NCBI GenBank assembly: GCA_043228905.1
Contig: JBHGNT010000018.1
Coordinates: 1,426,001-1,490,000, forward strand
Reading direction: 5' to 3'
Source: Azolla caroliniana
Taxonomy: Eukaryota > Plantae > Polypodiophyta
DNA length: 64,000 nucleotides
Shown: in pieces, positions 39,620 to 53,353 of the stretch
Position numbering within the stretch: position 1 is the first letter of the stretch
Layout: each line of letters starts with the position of its first letter
Notes under the pieces: model-generated
Seen by the model: only the letters and a program-made list of their open reading frames with translations
The model's database searches: none
Told to the model about the DNA's origin: nothing
Translations under genes and position numbers: made by a program

Positions 39620-42600
39620 TAGGGTGATTCACAAAAAGGGGGGGTGTTGCATGTGTAAAGGATTTTCAAAAATGCCCCAAAAACATATTGCTTTCTAGCA
39701 TATACAAAAAATTAGGTGTTCAAAAAAATGTCTAAATAATGGACATGCCAAACTTACAAATGAATTTCCAAAATGACTAACACCAATATTTATAGAAATT
39801 CATGAATCCAAATATTGATGCACAATAAAATATTTACAATTAACATATCAGAACAATCGTTTTCCAAGTTTATGCCATCATCTTCATACCTATTAGGTGA
39901 ACTGGTAGGAGTTTCTGAGGTCTCATCTGGTGGCAACTAATGCATTGTCTTCATCCAATTGCAATTCAACCTCATCATGGTTATGAGTCATGCTTCTTGT
40001 TTGTCTTTGTGTTGTGTTTGGAGCCACATTCATTGTGTTTGTCGCAGATAACCTATTTTGGTCAAAGATTATCCAATGTGAGAGTAGATGTGCTTGATGC
40101 ATTATTTCTTGATCACTTTTTGTTTATGATATTTAATTATGTACGTTCTATTTACGATATTTGATTACGTGAGAGAAACCTACAAGCTACCGTATTTTCT
40201 ACCAAAATCATTAGAATCTAAAAAATGTTGTAAAGATGCTTTTTCGTTTTTCTTAGATTCTCATAGTAAGCCTTTGATGTCAAACAAAAATACGATGCAT
40301 TCCATCTAGATCTTATGCACTACGTCAAATTTTACTCTATACATCTAGAAGTCGATGTAGTGCATCAGATTCTTGTTGTAAGTCTTGGACGTTTTCTATT
40401 CCATTAAAAAGAACTCTTGGATTTTCAACTAACACCCAATGCATTAAATCGAATTCTAGCTATATAGACTAAAATATGATACATTGCATTGGATTTCAGT
40501 TGAAAATCCACTTTTAAAATATCTTTAAGAAATGATAAACATAAAAAATGAAAATATTTTTAAAAATCTTGGATTTTTAACTCAAAAGTGATAAATTGCA
40601 TTGTCCTTTACTCTATACATCTAGAACCTAATGAATTGCATCGGATTTTAGTTGAAAATCCGCAATTTTTTTATTTGTTTTCATTTTTTCCATAACAAAT
40701 TAAAAAAGTAAAAAAAAGTATTATTAACTGAAATTCAATGTCTATGTAAATAGAATCGGATGCAATGCAATGGATTTAAGTTGAAATCTAGTTTTTAAAA
40801 TTATTTTTGAATGTTTAATATTTGTTTTGATAAAACATAGTAAAAACTCAAATAAATGGATTTTCAGCTGAAATCCGATGCACTGCAACGGATTCTAGCT
40901 GTAAACTAAAATCCAATGCAGCGCATCAGATTTCAATTGAAAATCTATTTTTTTGAATTTTTATTATTTTGTATCAAAAAAATATAAAACATTCAAAAGA
41001 AAATTTAAAAAATAGATTTTCAACTAAAATCCAATGCATTGAGTCAAATTTTGGGTACATAAACATTGAATTTTAGTTGATAATACTTTTTTTTAAAACA
41101 ATTTATTTTTTATTTTGTTATGAAAAAAATGAAAACAAATAACAAAATTGCGGATTTTCATCTAAATCTTGATGCAATGCATTTGATTCTAGATGTATAG
41201 AGTTAAAAATCCATTTATTTCAAAAAACATTATTTATTTATGAAAAAAATGGATTTGCAACTTAAATCTGATGCAATGCATGAGATTTCAGTTAAAATTT
41301 CACTTTTTCTTATTTTTTTCGTTTTTTCCATAAAAAATAAAAAAAACTTCGATTTCCAGTTGGAAATTCAAGTTTTTTTTTTTTTTCTTATAAAATGTGG
41401 GTGATTTTTGTCACTCAAAATGATGGATTTTCAACAAAAATCTGATGCACTGCATCGGATTTCAGTTGAAAATCCATCAGTTTCAACGGGAATCTGATGC
41501 AGTGCATTAGATTTCGGTTGAAAATCCATCCATTTCAACATGAATCCCATGTACTACATCGGATTCCGGTCGAAAATACAAGAATTTTCTTTTATTTTTT
41601 TCATTTATCATGGATTTTCAATTGCGTTGAAAATCCAATATTTGTTTTATTCTTTCATTGTTTTACGAAAAGAATGAAAAAGGTAAAAGTATTTTGAACT
41701 AAAATCCGATGTAGTGCATCAAATTTCATTTGGAAATAAATTTTCTGAAATATTTTTATTTATTTATAAAAAAAATGAAAAAATATTGAAAAGGAAAAGA
41801 ATTTCTGACTAGAATTTGATGCACTACATCGGATTCTAGCTGTATAGACTAAAATTCGATGTAGTGCATCATATTTCAATTCAAAATCCATTTTTTTATT
41901 TTTTCCATATCTGAAAAAAAATAAAAGAAAATGGAATATCGAGTTTAATCCAATGCATTGCATTGGATTCTAGCAGTATAGACTAAAATACAATGTAGTG
42001 CATCGTATTTTAGCTAAAAAATCATTTATTACTTTTTTTATGGAAAATTTAAGAAAATTATAAAATTAAAAGAAGGTCTTGGATTTTCAACTAAAATCCA
42101 ATGCACTGCATTGGGTTCTAGTTGAAATCCAAGGTTTTTTATTTTTTCAAATTTTTCTCCACTTGAAAATCTGATATAGTGCATCAGATCCTAAATGTGG
42201 CTCTAGACATAACTCAAAGACAAACAAGAAGCATGACTTAGAACCACAATGCATTGCATCAGATTATACTCTATACTTCTAGTATTTGATGCAATGCAAT
42301 GGATTCTTGTTGTAAGTGTTGGATTTGCATCAAAAATCTGATGCATTGCATAAGATTTTTATAGAATTTCCCCTAGTTTTATATGTAGTTAGACCTCCAT
42401 TTTTTGTAGTTCTTACCATGATTTTCTTTGCTAAGAAATACTCATTTTATGAGAATTATTCAATCTTTCCATATAACTGCAAACTCCGCACATAATTTTA
42501 AAATGCAAATAAAAAACCAAATATGTGAACTACCAATGGTCCCCTCTTCAAGGGCATCTTGGTCCGATACAAAGTTACAACAGGTTGTTTCTGAAATAAA

Positions 42601-42974
42601 GTTCTTAACATGACAATAAGTTGAGAACAATGGTCTACATTTTGAGACAAATCAATAACACAATGGATTGCATTTAATACTAAGAGACACATTTTATATA
42701 AGTAGACATCAATTTCGCATTTTAAAATTTGTTGAATGAGGTACCATTTTCATAATTTGTAAAATCGGGGTTAATACAATTAAGCTTACATGGAATTCCA
42801 TTCTTTATCTTCAAATTGGATAAAAGAACATGACTGATGGAATATGAAACTATTGACTTTCTTGTCATGAAAATAATTAGTTGAGAATTTTGCTATGTTT
42901 TAAGAAATCATGTATGCGTACGTCATACCATCGTGAAATTGTGCTGAAATGAACCATTTTTTAACATCTCCCTA
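39620..42974. mobile_element. AT-rich non-coding foldback-like DNA element with a palindrome array
   Basis: Interrupts the copia IN-RT linker; ends TAGGGTGATT / CATCTCCCTA (8/10 inverted); ~25 variants of the palindrome ATCCGATGCA(C/G)TGCATCGGAT between ~40290 and 42360. Confidence 0.65.
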
Positions 42975-43622
42975 GAAGTAAACAAGAGAACATGACATAT
43001 TATATGTTTCATTATTGTCGACATCAACCAATAGCATTTCAAGTGGTTCAGTAATCTCCATAAGTTCATTAATATTCTTAAATTTTCTTTTGATTTTAGG
43101 TTTTCTTGATTTTAATTGTTGAAAATACTCTTCATCCTTAAGATTTGAGTTTGGTGAAGCACGAAGAAATGAGTTCTTGGAGAAATTTGCACATGAGACA
43201 TCCTTAGTAGTTCCTCCTGGGTCATTGAAATTATCACCAACTTTAGGGGAAATATCAAGAGAGGATGAAGACAACAAAACATGAGTTGGAGTAGATAAAC
43301 TTTCTTCATTCATTTGATGAAGTTTGTCCATTGATAAATTTGATTGTTGTTGTTGTTGTCCACCATCTTCATCTTTGCTTGGTTGATTTGGATGGTTGTG
43401 GCGGATACTCGATTTAAATGAGATTTAATGATGATAATGTGTTACTTCACTTTGAATTGTTGCATCCTCATCAAACTTTTGCACTCATTCTCTAGTAATA
43501 GGGCCTTTGTACTCTTTTCTATGCAAGATATTCAACAACATTAGTAAATTTGTATTAATATTTTGATGAGAATGTTCTACCTTCATTGGGAGATTTGATA
43601 AGAGACCCTCCTCATTGAACGT

Positions 43623-44601
43623 TGTCAAGGAAATCCTCGCCTATTCGTGAAATGAAGCGAAACCACCGGGGTCTTGGACAGGAAGGATTCGAAGTTTGTA
43701 CTAGCTTTAGCTAGAAAGTATTTAGGATAGGTACAAAGAGGGAGAGAGAGATTGAGAGACGGAGATTCTAATTCAGAGATGGATTGAAAGAGAAGATACC
43801 AATTATGAGACAGATTGAGAGAAAAGATGTTGAACCCTTGACTTTAATTTTGAGGGACAAGTTACATCACCAATAAGATAACTAGATTTTATTATTGTCT
43901 TCTTAATTCAATACATAGCTTTCTTGATCAATTGATTGATTGATTCCCCTTTTCTTTTTTTCTCCACTCTTTTATAGATGCCCCCATGCATATGATGCAT
44001 GTGAGGGTGCAAGACATGGATACAATGCATGTTTGACATTTGGCGCTCATGCATTACATGTGATGCATGATCACCATGTTACTCATGCAAGCTCTCATGT
44101 ATGAGAATTTACATATAAAAAAGTATAATGATAAAAATACAACTTTTTTAAGAAATGACTTGGCTTTGTGGTAAGTCAATTGTGTTATGTAAGGTTGTCC
44201 CTCCTTATGGGGGGGAGTCGGTCGAAAAGCCGAAATGGGAATCGGTTGCCGAAATCGACCAAAAAGTGGAAATGGGAGTTGGCTGCCAAAATCGGTCAAA
44301 ATGCCGAAACAAGAGTCGGTTGGCCAAAATCGACTGAAAAGCCGAAATGGGATTCAGTCGAACAATAGTCGACAAAATGGAATTTCGAACAAATACACAC
44401 ACACACACACACACACACACAAATACATAGTCATATATATTTGTGAGATAAGTGAGTCTTTATATAGAGAGAGTCGTATTAGCAGCATATATATGTGGGA
44501 TAACTCACTGAGAAGAAAACAATGAGAGAAGCGCGAAAGTGAACCCTTCTCGGTTTTCTCATTTCCACATTATTTTCACACCGTTGCCGAAAATCTTCAC
44601 A
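43623..44601 (-). mobile_element. Solo LTR inserted in the copia integrase C-terminus
   Basis: TGTCAAGG...CTTCACA; ACGT on both flanks (43619-43622, 44602-44605); splits copia FSRFIT|FNEE; internal ~40-bp repeats. Confidence 0.78.
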
Positions 44602-47004
44602 ACGTAATAAATCGGCTAAATAAAAATTTCCTTGTCTTGAGATCAAATAATTTGTAGGCTTTGACTCTGGCCGATTCTCCATAACCAATGAAAATTCATT
44701 TTCTAGCATGTGGATCTAACTTTCTCCTTTTCTCTTGTGGAATATGATCGTATACCATGGCACCAGTTACACGAAGGTGCGAAAGATTTGGTTTGTGACC
44801 AAACCACAATGCATATGGAGTATTCAAAACAAGAGCTTTATGAGGTGATCGATTGCAAGTTCTTGCAATCGTCTCTTGCCAAAATTGATTGTTAAGCCCC
44901 ACAACTTCTATCATACTCCGACTAGCATCCAAGAGTGTTTGGTTCCTACATTCGGCAACTCCATTTTGTTGTGGATTATAAGGAACTGTATGTTCATGCC
45001 TAATGCCATGCTCTTGACAAAACTTTATCCATACATGTGAGAAATATTCACCACCATTGTCCGTTCTTATTGTGTTTATTTTACTTTGACATTGATTTTC
45101 CACATAAGCCTCAGATTTTGCTTTCAAGAAATATATAATTCTGAATCTTGTATGATCGTCAATAAATGAAATAAAGTACTACTTACCATTCAATGACGTA
45201 GTCGGCATTGATCCACATAAATCCGAGTGAACTAATTATGGTTGTCTTTCGGTTTGACTCACACTATGTGGGAATTGCTGACGACTTTGTTTTCCAAAAA
45301 TACAACCTTCACATAATGGTAAGTGCTTAAACGATGTTGTCGGCATTCCTTCACTTAACTTGTGTATTTGAATGGTTTTCATCGACTTTGGATTCAGATG
45401 TCGAAGACAATAATACCAAAGTAGGGTGGTATTGGTGATGATGTTGCCTAATGTTGTGTGTACTTCAATTTGTGTTTCCTCTATCATTGAAGAGGACAAT
45501 GGCTGCCGAGTTTTGGGCATGATGTTATTAACATTTCACCATTTGGTGGTTTGTGTTTAATAATACTGCAATTTGAATGAAATTCAATTAGTTCCATTTG
45601 TGGTTGCTTCACTAACCGATAATAAATTCTTTGTGATACCTGGAACATAGTGAACATTTGGAATACTCATTATCCTTGTTTGATTAATGGAAAGGTGAAC
45701 TTCTCCTTTTCCAATGGCAGCTTTTGTGTCATTGTCTCCAAATCAAACTTCTAAGGCTTGTGGAAGCGTTTTATAATTGTGGAGCAAGTTCTTGTTGTGA
45801 GTGAGATGGTGTGTTACACCGGTGTTAAGGAGTTACCAAAGATTTGAGGCATTCTACGATTTTGCTACCGCCATATACGCTTCTATTTTGTTGGATCCAC
45901 TTTCATCTTTTGTTTGTATTATTTCCATCTAAAACATGAATGCTTGTATAAAGTTGTTGTCTCCATCTTCATATTCTTTAGTATTAGATTGTAATGAAGC
46001 ATTGTTTGCTTGTGAAAGGAATCTTATACCTTTTCCCGTTTGGTCGTATTGCTTCTTTCGACACTCACGTTCAAGATGGCCCGGTTTGCTGCAATATCTA
46101 CAAAAAAATTGTACACATGATGATTGCTCTTGCTCCTCCTTGAGGAGGCTTATTCATTGGATGAAATTTTTGGAATGTCTTCGGCTTGTGGTAATGCCTT
46201 TGTAATGATGTCTCATGGACGCCGCCATTGCCATGTGACTTGTGTGACTTGTGTTTGTTTGACCATTTGGTTTCTTTCTTCATAGTTTGGCTTGCTTGAT
46301 TTTCGCAATCAAGGTTTAGAGATTGAGATCCTTCTTGTTGCTATGGATGCTCATGAATGTGATCCATGATTCTGGCAACGAACCCATTAGCATTTTACAT
46401 TTTGATGCCTCATCAATAATGATACGTACTGAGATTGCAATATCTAGTTGTCTCTGCCAATTGCTTATGAAGGTGTTTGTTGCTTCTCCTTCACACATCT
46501 CCATGTTCATTAGGGTTCGGTACGAGAAGATTTTGGTCGTGGAGGGTTGGTGTAATTGTTGAAGATGATCCAAGACTTCGAACATGATCAACTTGTCGAT
46601 CACTTAGATGCATAATTATCTCCATTCTTGCATCTAGATCTCTACTTTTCCAATCGCTCAATTCAGGTTCTGTTGGCATAATGACTTCAGAACCATTTAC
46701 GATTCCTATAAGATTTGTTCTTTCGAGAATTAACTCCATTCTCGTTCTCTAGTGCATTATATGATTGTGATATGTGAGTTTCTCCACCACATACTTTCTT
46801 GCCATTTGATTTGTTGATGCAACATTGATTGGATTTCCACCAGAATCTGATTGGTTTTCCTTATCAGTGGTCAATGACATCTTGTATAGATTGTCCGGAT
46901 CACTCTAACATGATGTATGCGCTTTATTATTCATAGATTACTTATCTAACGTGATGAGCGTCGCTTTGATACCATGTGAGAAATTAAAGAGAGAGAGAGA
47001 GAGA

Positions 47005-50000
47005 AAGAAAGAAAGAAAGAAAGATATATTAACGTCTTCTAAGGCCAAATTTGGCCCATGAGACAATTGGTTTACAACAAAAGAGTATTTATCCAGTCAT
47101 CATAACTAAAATAAAATTAAGTAAAAAATAGAACTTAAACTAAAAGAGTTCTAGTAGTGTACAATACGTAGTATACTCGAAAGTGACTATACACTAAGCC
47201 TAATTTTATTTCCACCCAAGCCTCTCGAAAAGAAGTGGGGGGTCAAAGGGTCTTGATGTGGGTGTGACCCGTGGTTCCAATGTAGAGAGTGCCCTAGCCA
47301 TGGCTTCTAGGCAGTGTAGCTCACGTTCCCTTATTTTCAATATTGCTTCCACATCACGTCGAGTTGCTTTGAAACCCGACACCCGAGGACGACTGGTTCT
47401 TCTTTGGTTTTTTGCCTCATCAATGGAAAGGCCGAGTGGTGCAAGTGTGTCGACATTCATTGTCTCCCCCTGTTCCTGAAAAACTTCATTTGTTACATGT
47501 TCGTGATCATTAGAAACATTATTGTCAACATTTTGTAACTTATTCTCTCTGTGTTGTTTTAGCTCTAGAATGTATTTGCCTAATTTCTTTATATCTAGAG
47601 TATCTAATAGTTTGGGCAGGGTGGGAGACGAACCAAGTATGTCTTGGTATTTTGCCCTTATCTCGGCATAGGTTGGACACTTGCATGTAAAGTGGTACTC
47701 ATCCTCTATCTCTATGTGACATAACCTACATATCCTTTCCTCCCTAGGGACTCCACTAGTACGGCCATTCTCAATCTCAAGTTGGTGAGAGGATATTCTA
47801 AGTTGTCCAATGGCAACCCTTAGTGCATGTGGTAAGAATACATCTAGATATTTTGGCCTCGTGATAAAACCTAACTCAGAGAAGTGCATGAAGTGTTTCT
47901 TATAGTACAACATTTTATATGGGAGTGGCTCTAGTGGGGTGATCCATTTACACCGAGTGTAAATTTGCCATATTTCTTGGCGTATTACTTTATTGTGGTC
48001 CTCATGAGAGATTAAAGTGTTATCACTCATGTGGTTGTACCTAAGGGGAGGTAGGTTATTAATGTCTAGACCATTCGCAAGAAGACAACTCACCATCATG
48101 CCATACCATGAGCTAGTATAGCCGGACTCATACAATGATTGAGAGGTCTTAAAGGCTTGATGAGATATTCTATCATGTGGTTGGCTATGTATCCTGTGAA
48201 TGAAGACTACAATTTGAAAAAGTGCCTCTACTAACATTGGGGGTAACGTGAACTCAGCCCTAATAATGTCATGTGGTACAATCGATTTGCTTCGGAGTTG
48301 GCGTGATAGCATCATCACCAATGGTCTCTCTAATTGCGTCCACATGAAAGATGGTAATCCTGGATCCCAAACCGTTGATGCATACATGAGGGAGGGGGTC
48401 ACTAATGAGTCAAAGAGCCACCCTTTGGTCCGTGGCTCTTGAAAGTGTGCTTGGTGGCATTGTCTCTCTAGGAGTGAGAGGGATGCATGTCCTCTCGTGA
48501 GTCTATCCTTCGTTGCCTGTGTCATCGAAAATTTACCTAAGCGGGCACTAAAAGTGACTCCGAGATAGACGTATGATCCAACCACCTCGACTGGGCTATG
48601 GGAGATAGTTAGGTGACACTTAGCTCTAACTTGGGCCGATGTGTGGAAGATAAGGACTTTCGTTTTCCCTAGATTCACTACCAATCCTCGTTGTACACAA
48701 AAGTCATCTAAGGCATTAAGGTGCCTTTGTAGGTCGTGTTCGGATTCAGAGAGCAAAACTATGTCATCCGCATAGAGCAAGATACGCACCTGCGTATCCC
48801 CGAGGACCACTCCTGTGCCTCCCTCACGAGCAATAAAATATGTGATCTCATCAATGTAGATCCCAAAAAGCGTCGGTGATAGGGGGCAACCTTGTTTTAC
48901 ACCAATAGTGCTAGTGAAACGATTAGATAGGCCACCTGGGCATCGGACACACCCGGACACTTGTTCATATAGTGCGTAGATGGCCCATACCATATCATCT
49001 GGTATCCTCAAGCTTTTAAGTCTATCAAACAACCGCTCTCTAGGGACTGTGTCAAAGGCTTTGCAGAAGTCCACAAAACAACAATATAATTTCTTCTTGC
49101 GAGCCTTAGTTTGGTCAATTAGGCATTTAAGTGTGAAGATATGATCAATAGTGGAGAAGGCTCGTCTAAAGCCAGCTTGTTTAGGTGCACGAAGGTTTAG
49201 GGTCTCCATATAGTCGCTAAGCTCTGCTTCCATTACTGCACCATATAACTTAGCAAGGGTATGGCCTATCATAATGGTCCTATATGTATTTGGGTCCATG
49301 GGGTCCCCCCCTTTATGTATGGGGGCCATTGTATTCATAGTCCACTGTGGTGGAAAACCCTCCGCAAGGGCATGATTGAAGATTAGAGTTAGCAAGGGAT
49401 CTAGGCACTCTCTCGCATATATAATGTGTTCTGCTCGCAATCCTGTGTGGTCCATGGACTTCCTATGTTGTAATTTCTTTATGACCTTCACGACCCTAGA
49501 GGTCGAGAAAAGTGTCCCCGTGGTAGGCCGGGGTGTGGAAGGCATTGGAATGGGTTGTTGGTTTGGGATTTGGTAAAGTCTCTCTATATATGTGTGCCAA
49601 GTTTCGGGATCTTCGATGGGTGTTTGTGGTCTTGGCTCCCATAGTCTCTTCCATGCCGTGGCGCAATTGCTACTCATGAGCATATGGTAGAGTTCCCAAT
49701 ATTAGGATGCCTCCCACGCTCCTCTCTTACGACGTGTCATCTTGCGCATTTCTTTGCGAGCTTGTATGGAGGTTATACTACCATTGAGTTGCGATACTGT
49801 AAGTTGTCTATGTAAGTCCCTACAATCCTCATCATACCATTTATTTTGTGGCATTGATCCTGATCTACCTTGATTTGAGTGTTTTGTATATGGGAAACTG
49901 CTAGCTGCTACAGAGTGAAGGATGTGTGTGAGTTTCATACTAAGGCTTTCTAATGGTAGGGAGGGATCAAGGGAGGGGAGATGGGCCTGAACATGTTGAG

Positions 50001-50227
50001 AGTATATGTCAGAGAGCTCATGTGTGAAATGTATTGTGGTGTGATGGCATGGTTGACTAGACTTGGTGACCTTAGAGATATCACATTTTAGCTCGAAGTA
50101 TAGGAAACTATGGTCTGCGCCAATCGGGCATGGGGCCACTCGGAAGGAGTTAGTCATGTGGGTAGCTTCAGGGCGTCCTATTAGATAATCAATTGTGCTT
50201 TCCCCTCCTCCATGTGGGAAACATGTT
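47005..50227 (-). mobile_element. 5'-truncated non-LTR retrotransposon (RTEX-like LINE)
   Basis: Endonuclease C-terminus (STIDY...GADH), one in-frame stop at 49702-49704, RT and C-terminal zinc motif, 3' end GAAGACGTTAATA plus (CTTT)n tail, flanked by (GA)n on both sides. Confidence 0.92.
47206..49683 (-). CDS. LINE ORF2 RT and C-terminal domain (825 aa open segment)
   Basis: QAGFR, CCFVDF.KAFD, GVKQGCPLSPTLF, LLYADD, YLGV, LRISSHQLEIENGR, ERICRLC...EDEYHFTCKC. Confidence 0.9.
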   Translation of the reverse strand: MLMSSNCATAWKRLWEPRPQTPIEDPETWHTYIERLYQIPNQQPIPMPSTPRPTTGTLFSTSRVVKVIKKLQHRKSMDHTGLRAEHIIYARECLDPLLTLIFNHALAEGFPPQWTMNTMAPIHKGGDPMDPNTYRTIMIGHTLAKLYGAVMEAELSDYMETLNLRAPKQAGFRRAFSTIDHIFTLKCLIDQTKARKKKLYCCFVDFCKAFDTVPRERLFDRLKSLRIPDDMVWAIYALYEQVSGCVRCPGGLSNRFTSTIGVKQGCPLSPTLFGIYIDEITYFIAREGGTGVVLGDTQVRILLYADDIVLLSESEHDLQRHLNALDDFCVQRGLVVNLGKTKVLIFHTSAQVRAKCHLTISHSPVEVVGSYVYLGVTFSARLGKFSMTQATKDRLTRGHASLSLLERQCHQAHFQEPRTKGWLFDSLVTPSLMYASTVWDPGLPSFMWTQLERPLVMMLSRQLRSKSIVPHDIIRAEFTLPPMLVEALFQIVVFIHRIHSQPHDRISHQAFKTSQSLYESGYTSSWYGMMVSCLLANGLDINNLPPLRYNHMSDNTLISHEDHNKVIRQEIWQIYTRCKWITPLEPLPYKMLYYKKHFMHFSELGFITRPKYLDVFLPHALRVAIGQLRISSHQLEIENGRTSGVPREERICRLCHIEIEDEYHFTCKCPTYAEIRAKYQDILGSSPTLPKLLDTLDIKKLGKYILELKQHRENKLQNVDNNVSNDHEHVTNEVFQEQGETMNVDTLAPLGLSIDEAKNQRRTSRPRVSGFKATRRDVEAILKIRERELHCLEAMARALSTLEPRVTPTSRPFDPPLLFERLGWK

Positions 50228-50422
50228 GAGAGAGAGAGAGCAAAATTGTGTATACTATATTGTGTATAAAAGTTATTATGGGTTACGTAAGAGGTTACAC
50301 CACGTTGAGGTATGAGAGGTTACAAAAGGTCCTCTTCATCTAAAGGGGTACATTTATTTAGGAACAATAAACGACTAAAAATAGGTAACTAAAATGTTTA
50401 TATATTATGAATTATTCTAACA

Positions 50423-51000
50423 TTTGGGTGTTGGGCGATATCAAACTTGGTTGCAAAAAAATTGTGACTAGGGAAGGAGGCATATTGGATGAAGGTGTTG
50501 TTGGAAAGGCCAAGGATGCGACCAACATTGTTGTGTGGGAACCCCTTGTCTTGTGCAATGAAGAAGGTCATGCCTTCTCCACTCAGATTGGCTTGGGTGA
50601 TTATGTGGAAGGAGAAGGATGCGTTAAAAGAGACAATGTTGCTCGTATCGGTGAAGACTTTTATCGATTCTTCGTAGACAATATAACTAGAACTTCTATT
50701 GTGATTTTGGGTTTCGTTAGGGTGTGGAATGGGCCACACGGTCTTCTTCGCATTATCGAGGGTTGGTGTAGCTCCAAAATATGCCTCACTACTGGGCACA
50801 ATGGAGATATTGAATATAGAGAAGAAGTCGTCCGAACTTGGAGCGAAGGAGAAGTTGTGAGACATGGCCATGGCCACACCGTGTGTCGACCACGACAATG
50901 ATCTGAAAAAGCAAATGCCAAAGAGATTGGGTGGCGCACTTTGTAGTATCCATCAGATTTGCAACATGAACCAAACTAGACTCCCAAGCTTGAATTTCAT
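50423..51000 (-). pseudogene. LecRK 5' fragment (signal region plus part of the lectin domain)
   Basis: ATG at 51000 (MKFKLGSLV); [14 protein letters not shown]...GEGMTFFIAQDK...KFDIAQHP; frameshifted; cut by the copia LTR; upstream DNA paralogous to the other copies. Confidence 0.92.
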
Positions 51001-52536
51001 TGTATGTCGCCACTCTCAAGATCTAGAGAAAAGTGATGTAACAAGTCTTTTGTTATGTATGTCAATATGTTGAAGAAGAAGATGGCATTGTGGCCTACCC
51101 TATCCAAGTATTTCATACATATACACAAACATACCCAACCAATTCTTGAGACTTAAGTCTTGACTATTAACCTCACATGGGTGGGGTCTGGTCTCACTGT
51201 AAAGTTCCATCTGATTGAACTTTAAAGTTTAGTGCCACATATAGCATGTTTTTTCTAGGTTTTTGCATTGACACCAACATGTTCACTGTTTATCTAGGTT
51301 TTTGCATTAACACAACATGTTTCATTTGCCCTATTTATTACTCAAGCCCTCATTATCGTCTCCTCCTTACTGCCTTTGCACTTTTGTATGAGTCGTAGTC
51401 CTTTTATTTCATGTGTTGTCCTTTCTTTATTATTGTTCTATGTTGTCGAGATGTTGATTTCAATTTTGTGCTACTTTAGAAGCTTCTCTACTTATTCAAA
51501 ACCATCTTGGACCAAAACGGCCATTTTTGCTACATAGGCAAAAATGTTGAATTTTGGTAAATGTTCCTTTGCATCGAAGTTGCTGACTAGGAATGCAACT
51601 AGCATTAACACAATTCTAAATCAAAGTATCTTACATTAAGTATCAACGAGACATATTATCCTAAAAACGACTTTGACTAGACAATACCAACAAATACTCC
51701 AAGACGCTAATAAAGAAACTATTCGTAAACCTTAAGCTAATATCCTAATATGCACATTTATAAAAAGGACAAATTGTAGATAGTGGAACATATTGAATTG
51801 CCACTAGGCAAGATGAACACTCCATTGAGGAAAGAATTTCCTCCTGCTCCAATAAAGAAAATTGCCACATTATCAATCCCTTCAACTTTTGTAAATATGC
51901 TTTGACTCTATGATTACCATTAAATACAAAAACATTGCGCATACCCCAATTATGACATAATACCTCAGAAACAAGTGATAAGCATCCAACGTGGCTAAAG
52001 TAAATGACAATATCGGGGCTCAAATTTACATCAAGAGCATTGTTCTACAGTGAAAGTAAACCCAAGGGGTTGCTCAAAGAGCAAACAATCCATTACAATG
52101 GTCAAGCGAGATTTATATAATATTGAATCAGCAAGTGTGGATAGTTCAAAACCAAACAATGGAAATACATTATAGTTTATGCAAACTAAATTATTTAAAT
52201 AATTTCCAAGAATTTAAACTTTATGATTCATTTTGCAAACATATTGTGAATCTTAAAATTCTGTCCCATGAAGGTTCATACCTTGTTTTGATAATGAAAT
52301 GGAGATTTGTATCCTGTAATCCCCTTCATAAAGCTCCCGGTGTCACTCCCAAATCTTCCAAGCCTTGAAATTAATTCAAAGACTTGTTGTTCTTTGGCTA
52401 CAAGTTGTGCATCATAAGCCAAATTCTGAATTTTACAACCACCACAATCTACTGCATGTTCACATGGAGCAACAACAACATCATGGTGAGGCGAAAGTGT
52501 TTCTTTTTTTATTGCCTATCAAGATTTTGATAGCAT

Positions 52537-52576
<40 letters not shown>

Positions 52577-52577
<1 letters not shown>

Positions 52578-53353
52578 ACGGGATCACTTCCCATTGAGAT
52601 CATGGCCATGGAAAGGGTTGTTGAATACATGCTTAAGGTTCAAAAAAGTCCCTCACATTGACTTCCTAGAATTTCATGGGAAGCAAGCAAAAAAATCCAA
52701 AAGACGCATAAAAGCAAAATTTTGTGTTCCGGTTGGATGCAAGATATAGAAAAATGGTTTGGTAGATGGGATGCGAGACACTTGTTTCATGATGCATCAC
52801 TAGATTCCTCTGTAAATAAGGCATTTTTGCAACACCAATTTATCATGACATGGGACAAATGTGGAGGCTCACGCTTCACAGATTACACTACACATGTTGC
52901 ACCTAACTACAAAACCATATTCTTTGCGGAACGGGGAAATCGTACACATCGATACATGTTAGAGCCCATACCATTATCTGCCATTGGAACCATTGCTTCC
53001 ATGAGACTTAGCTCACATGCATTGCAATGTGAGACATGGTGTTGGCCCACAAGTGATGAGAGTGGTCGGCTATGCACACTTTACCCTAAACAAGTTCGCG
53101 AGTCTAAGTATCACACTTTGATACAATGCTCCACCTTGATCATATTCGACCATGCTTTCCACATCTCTTCAACCGAGCCCAATCCTTGCATGAATTCCTC
53201 TCACAACCACAATGTGCAGTCTCGATTGCAACATTCATTGGTAAAGTTCTTGAACATCAAGAGTCACTACTCACTTTCACATATATCACATGAAATGTAA
53301 TATTTTTGGTCTCATCCGAAGACGATAATATAATCTATCTATCTATCTATCTA

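Larger units (their letters stand above)
37873..50422 (-). mobile_element. Degenerate Ty1/copia element with nested insertions, inserted into a LecRK gene
   Basis: 5' LTR 46975-50422 (split by a LINE), Met-type PBS TGGTATCAAAGC 46963-46974, gag 46880-46000 (CRYCSKPGHLEREC), integrase (IRTDNGGEY, PQQNGVAE), RT (ISCKWV, LYGLKQSPR, VYVDD), RNaseH, PPT ~37906, 3' LTR remnant ACTAAAATGTTTATAT..GAATTATTCTAA matching 50388-50420. Confidence 0.88.

Noticed and set aside
40290-42360. CRISPR-like array of palindromic repeats
   Set aside because: Repeats are degenerate, spacing is irregular, spacers are low-complexity and mutually inverted, there are no cas genes, and the context is eukaryotic TE DNA
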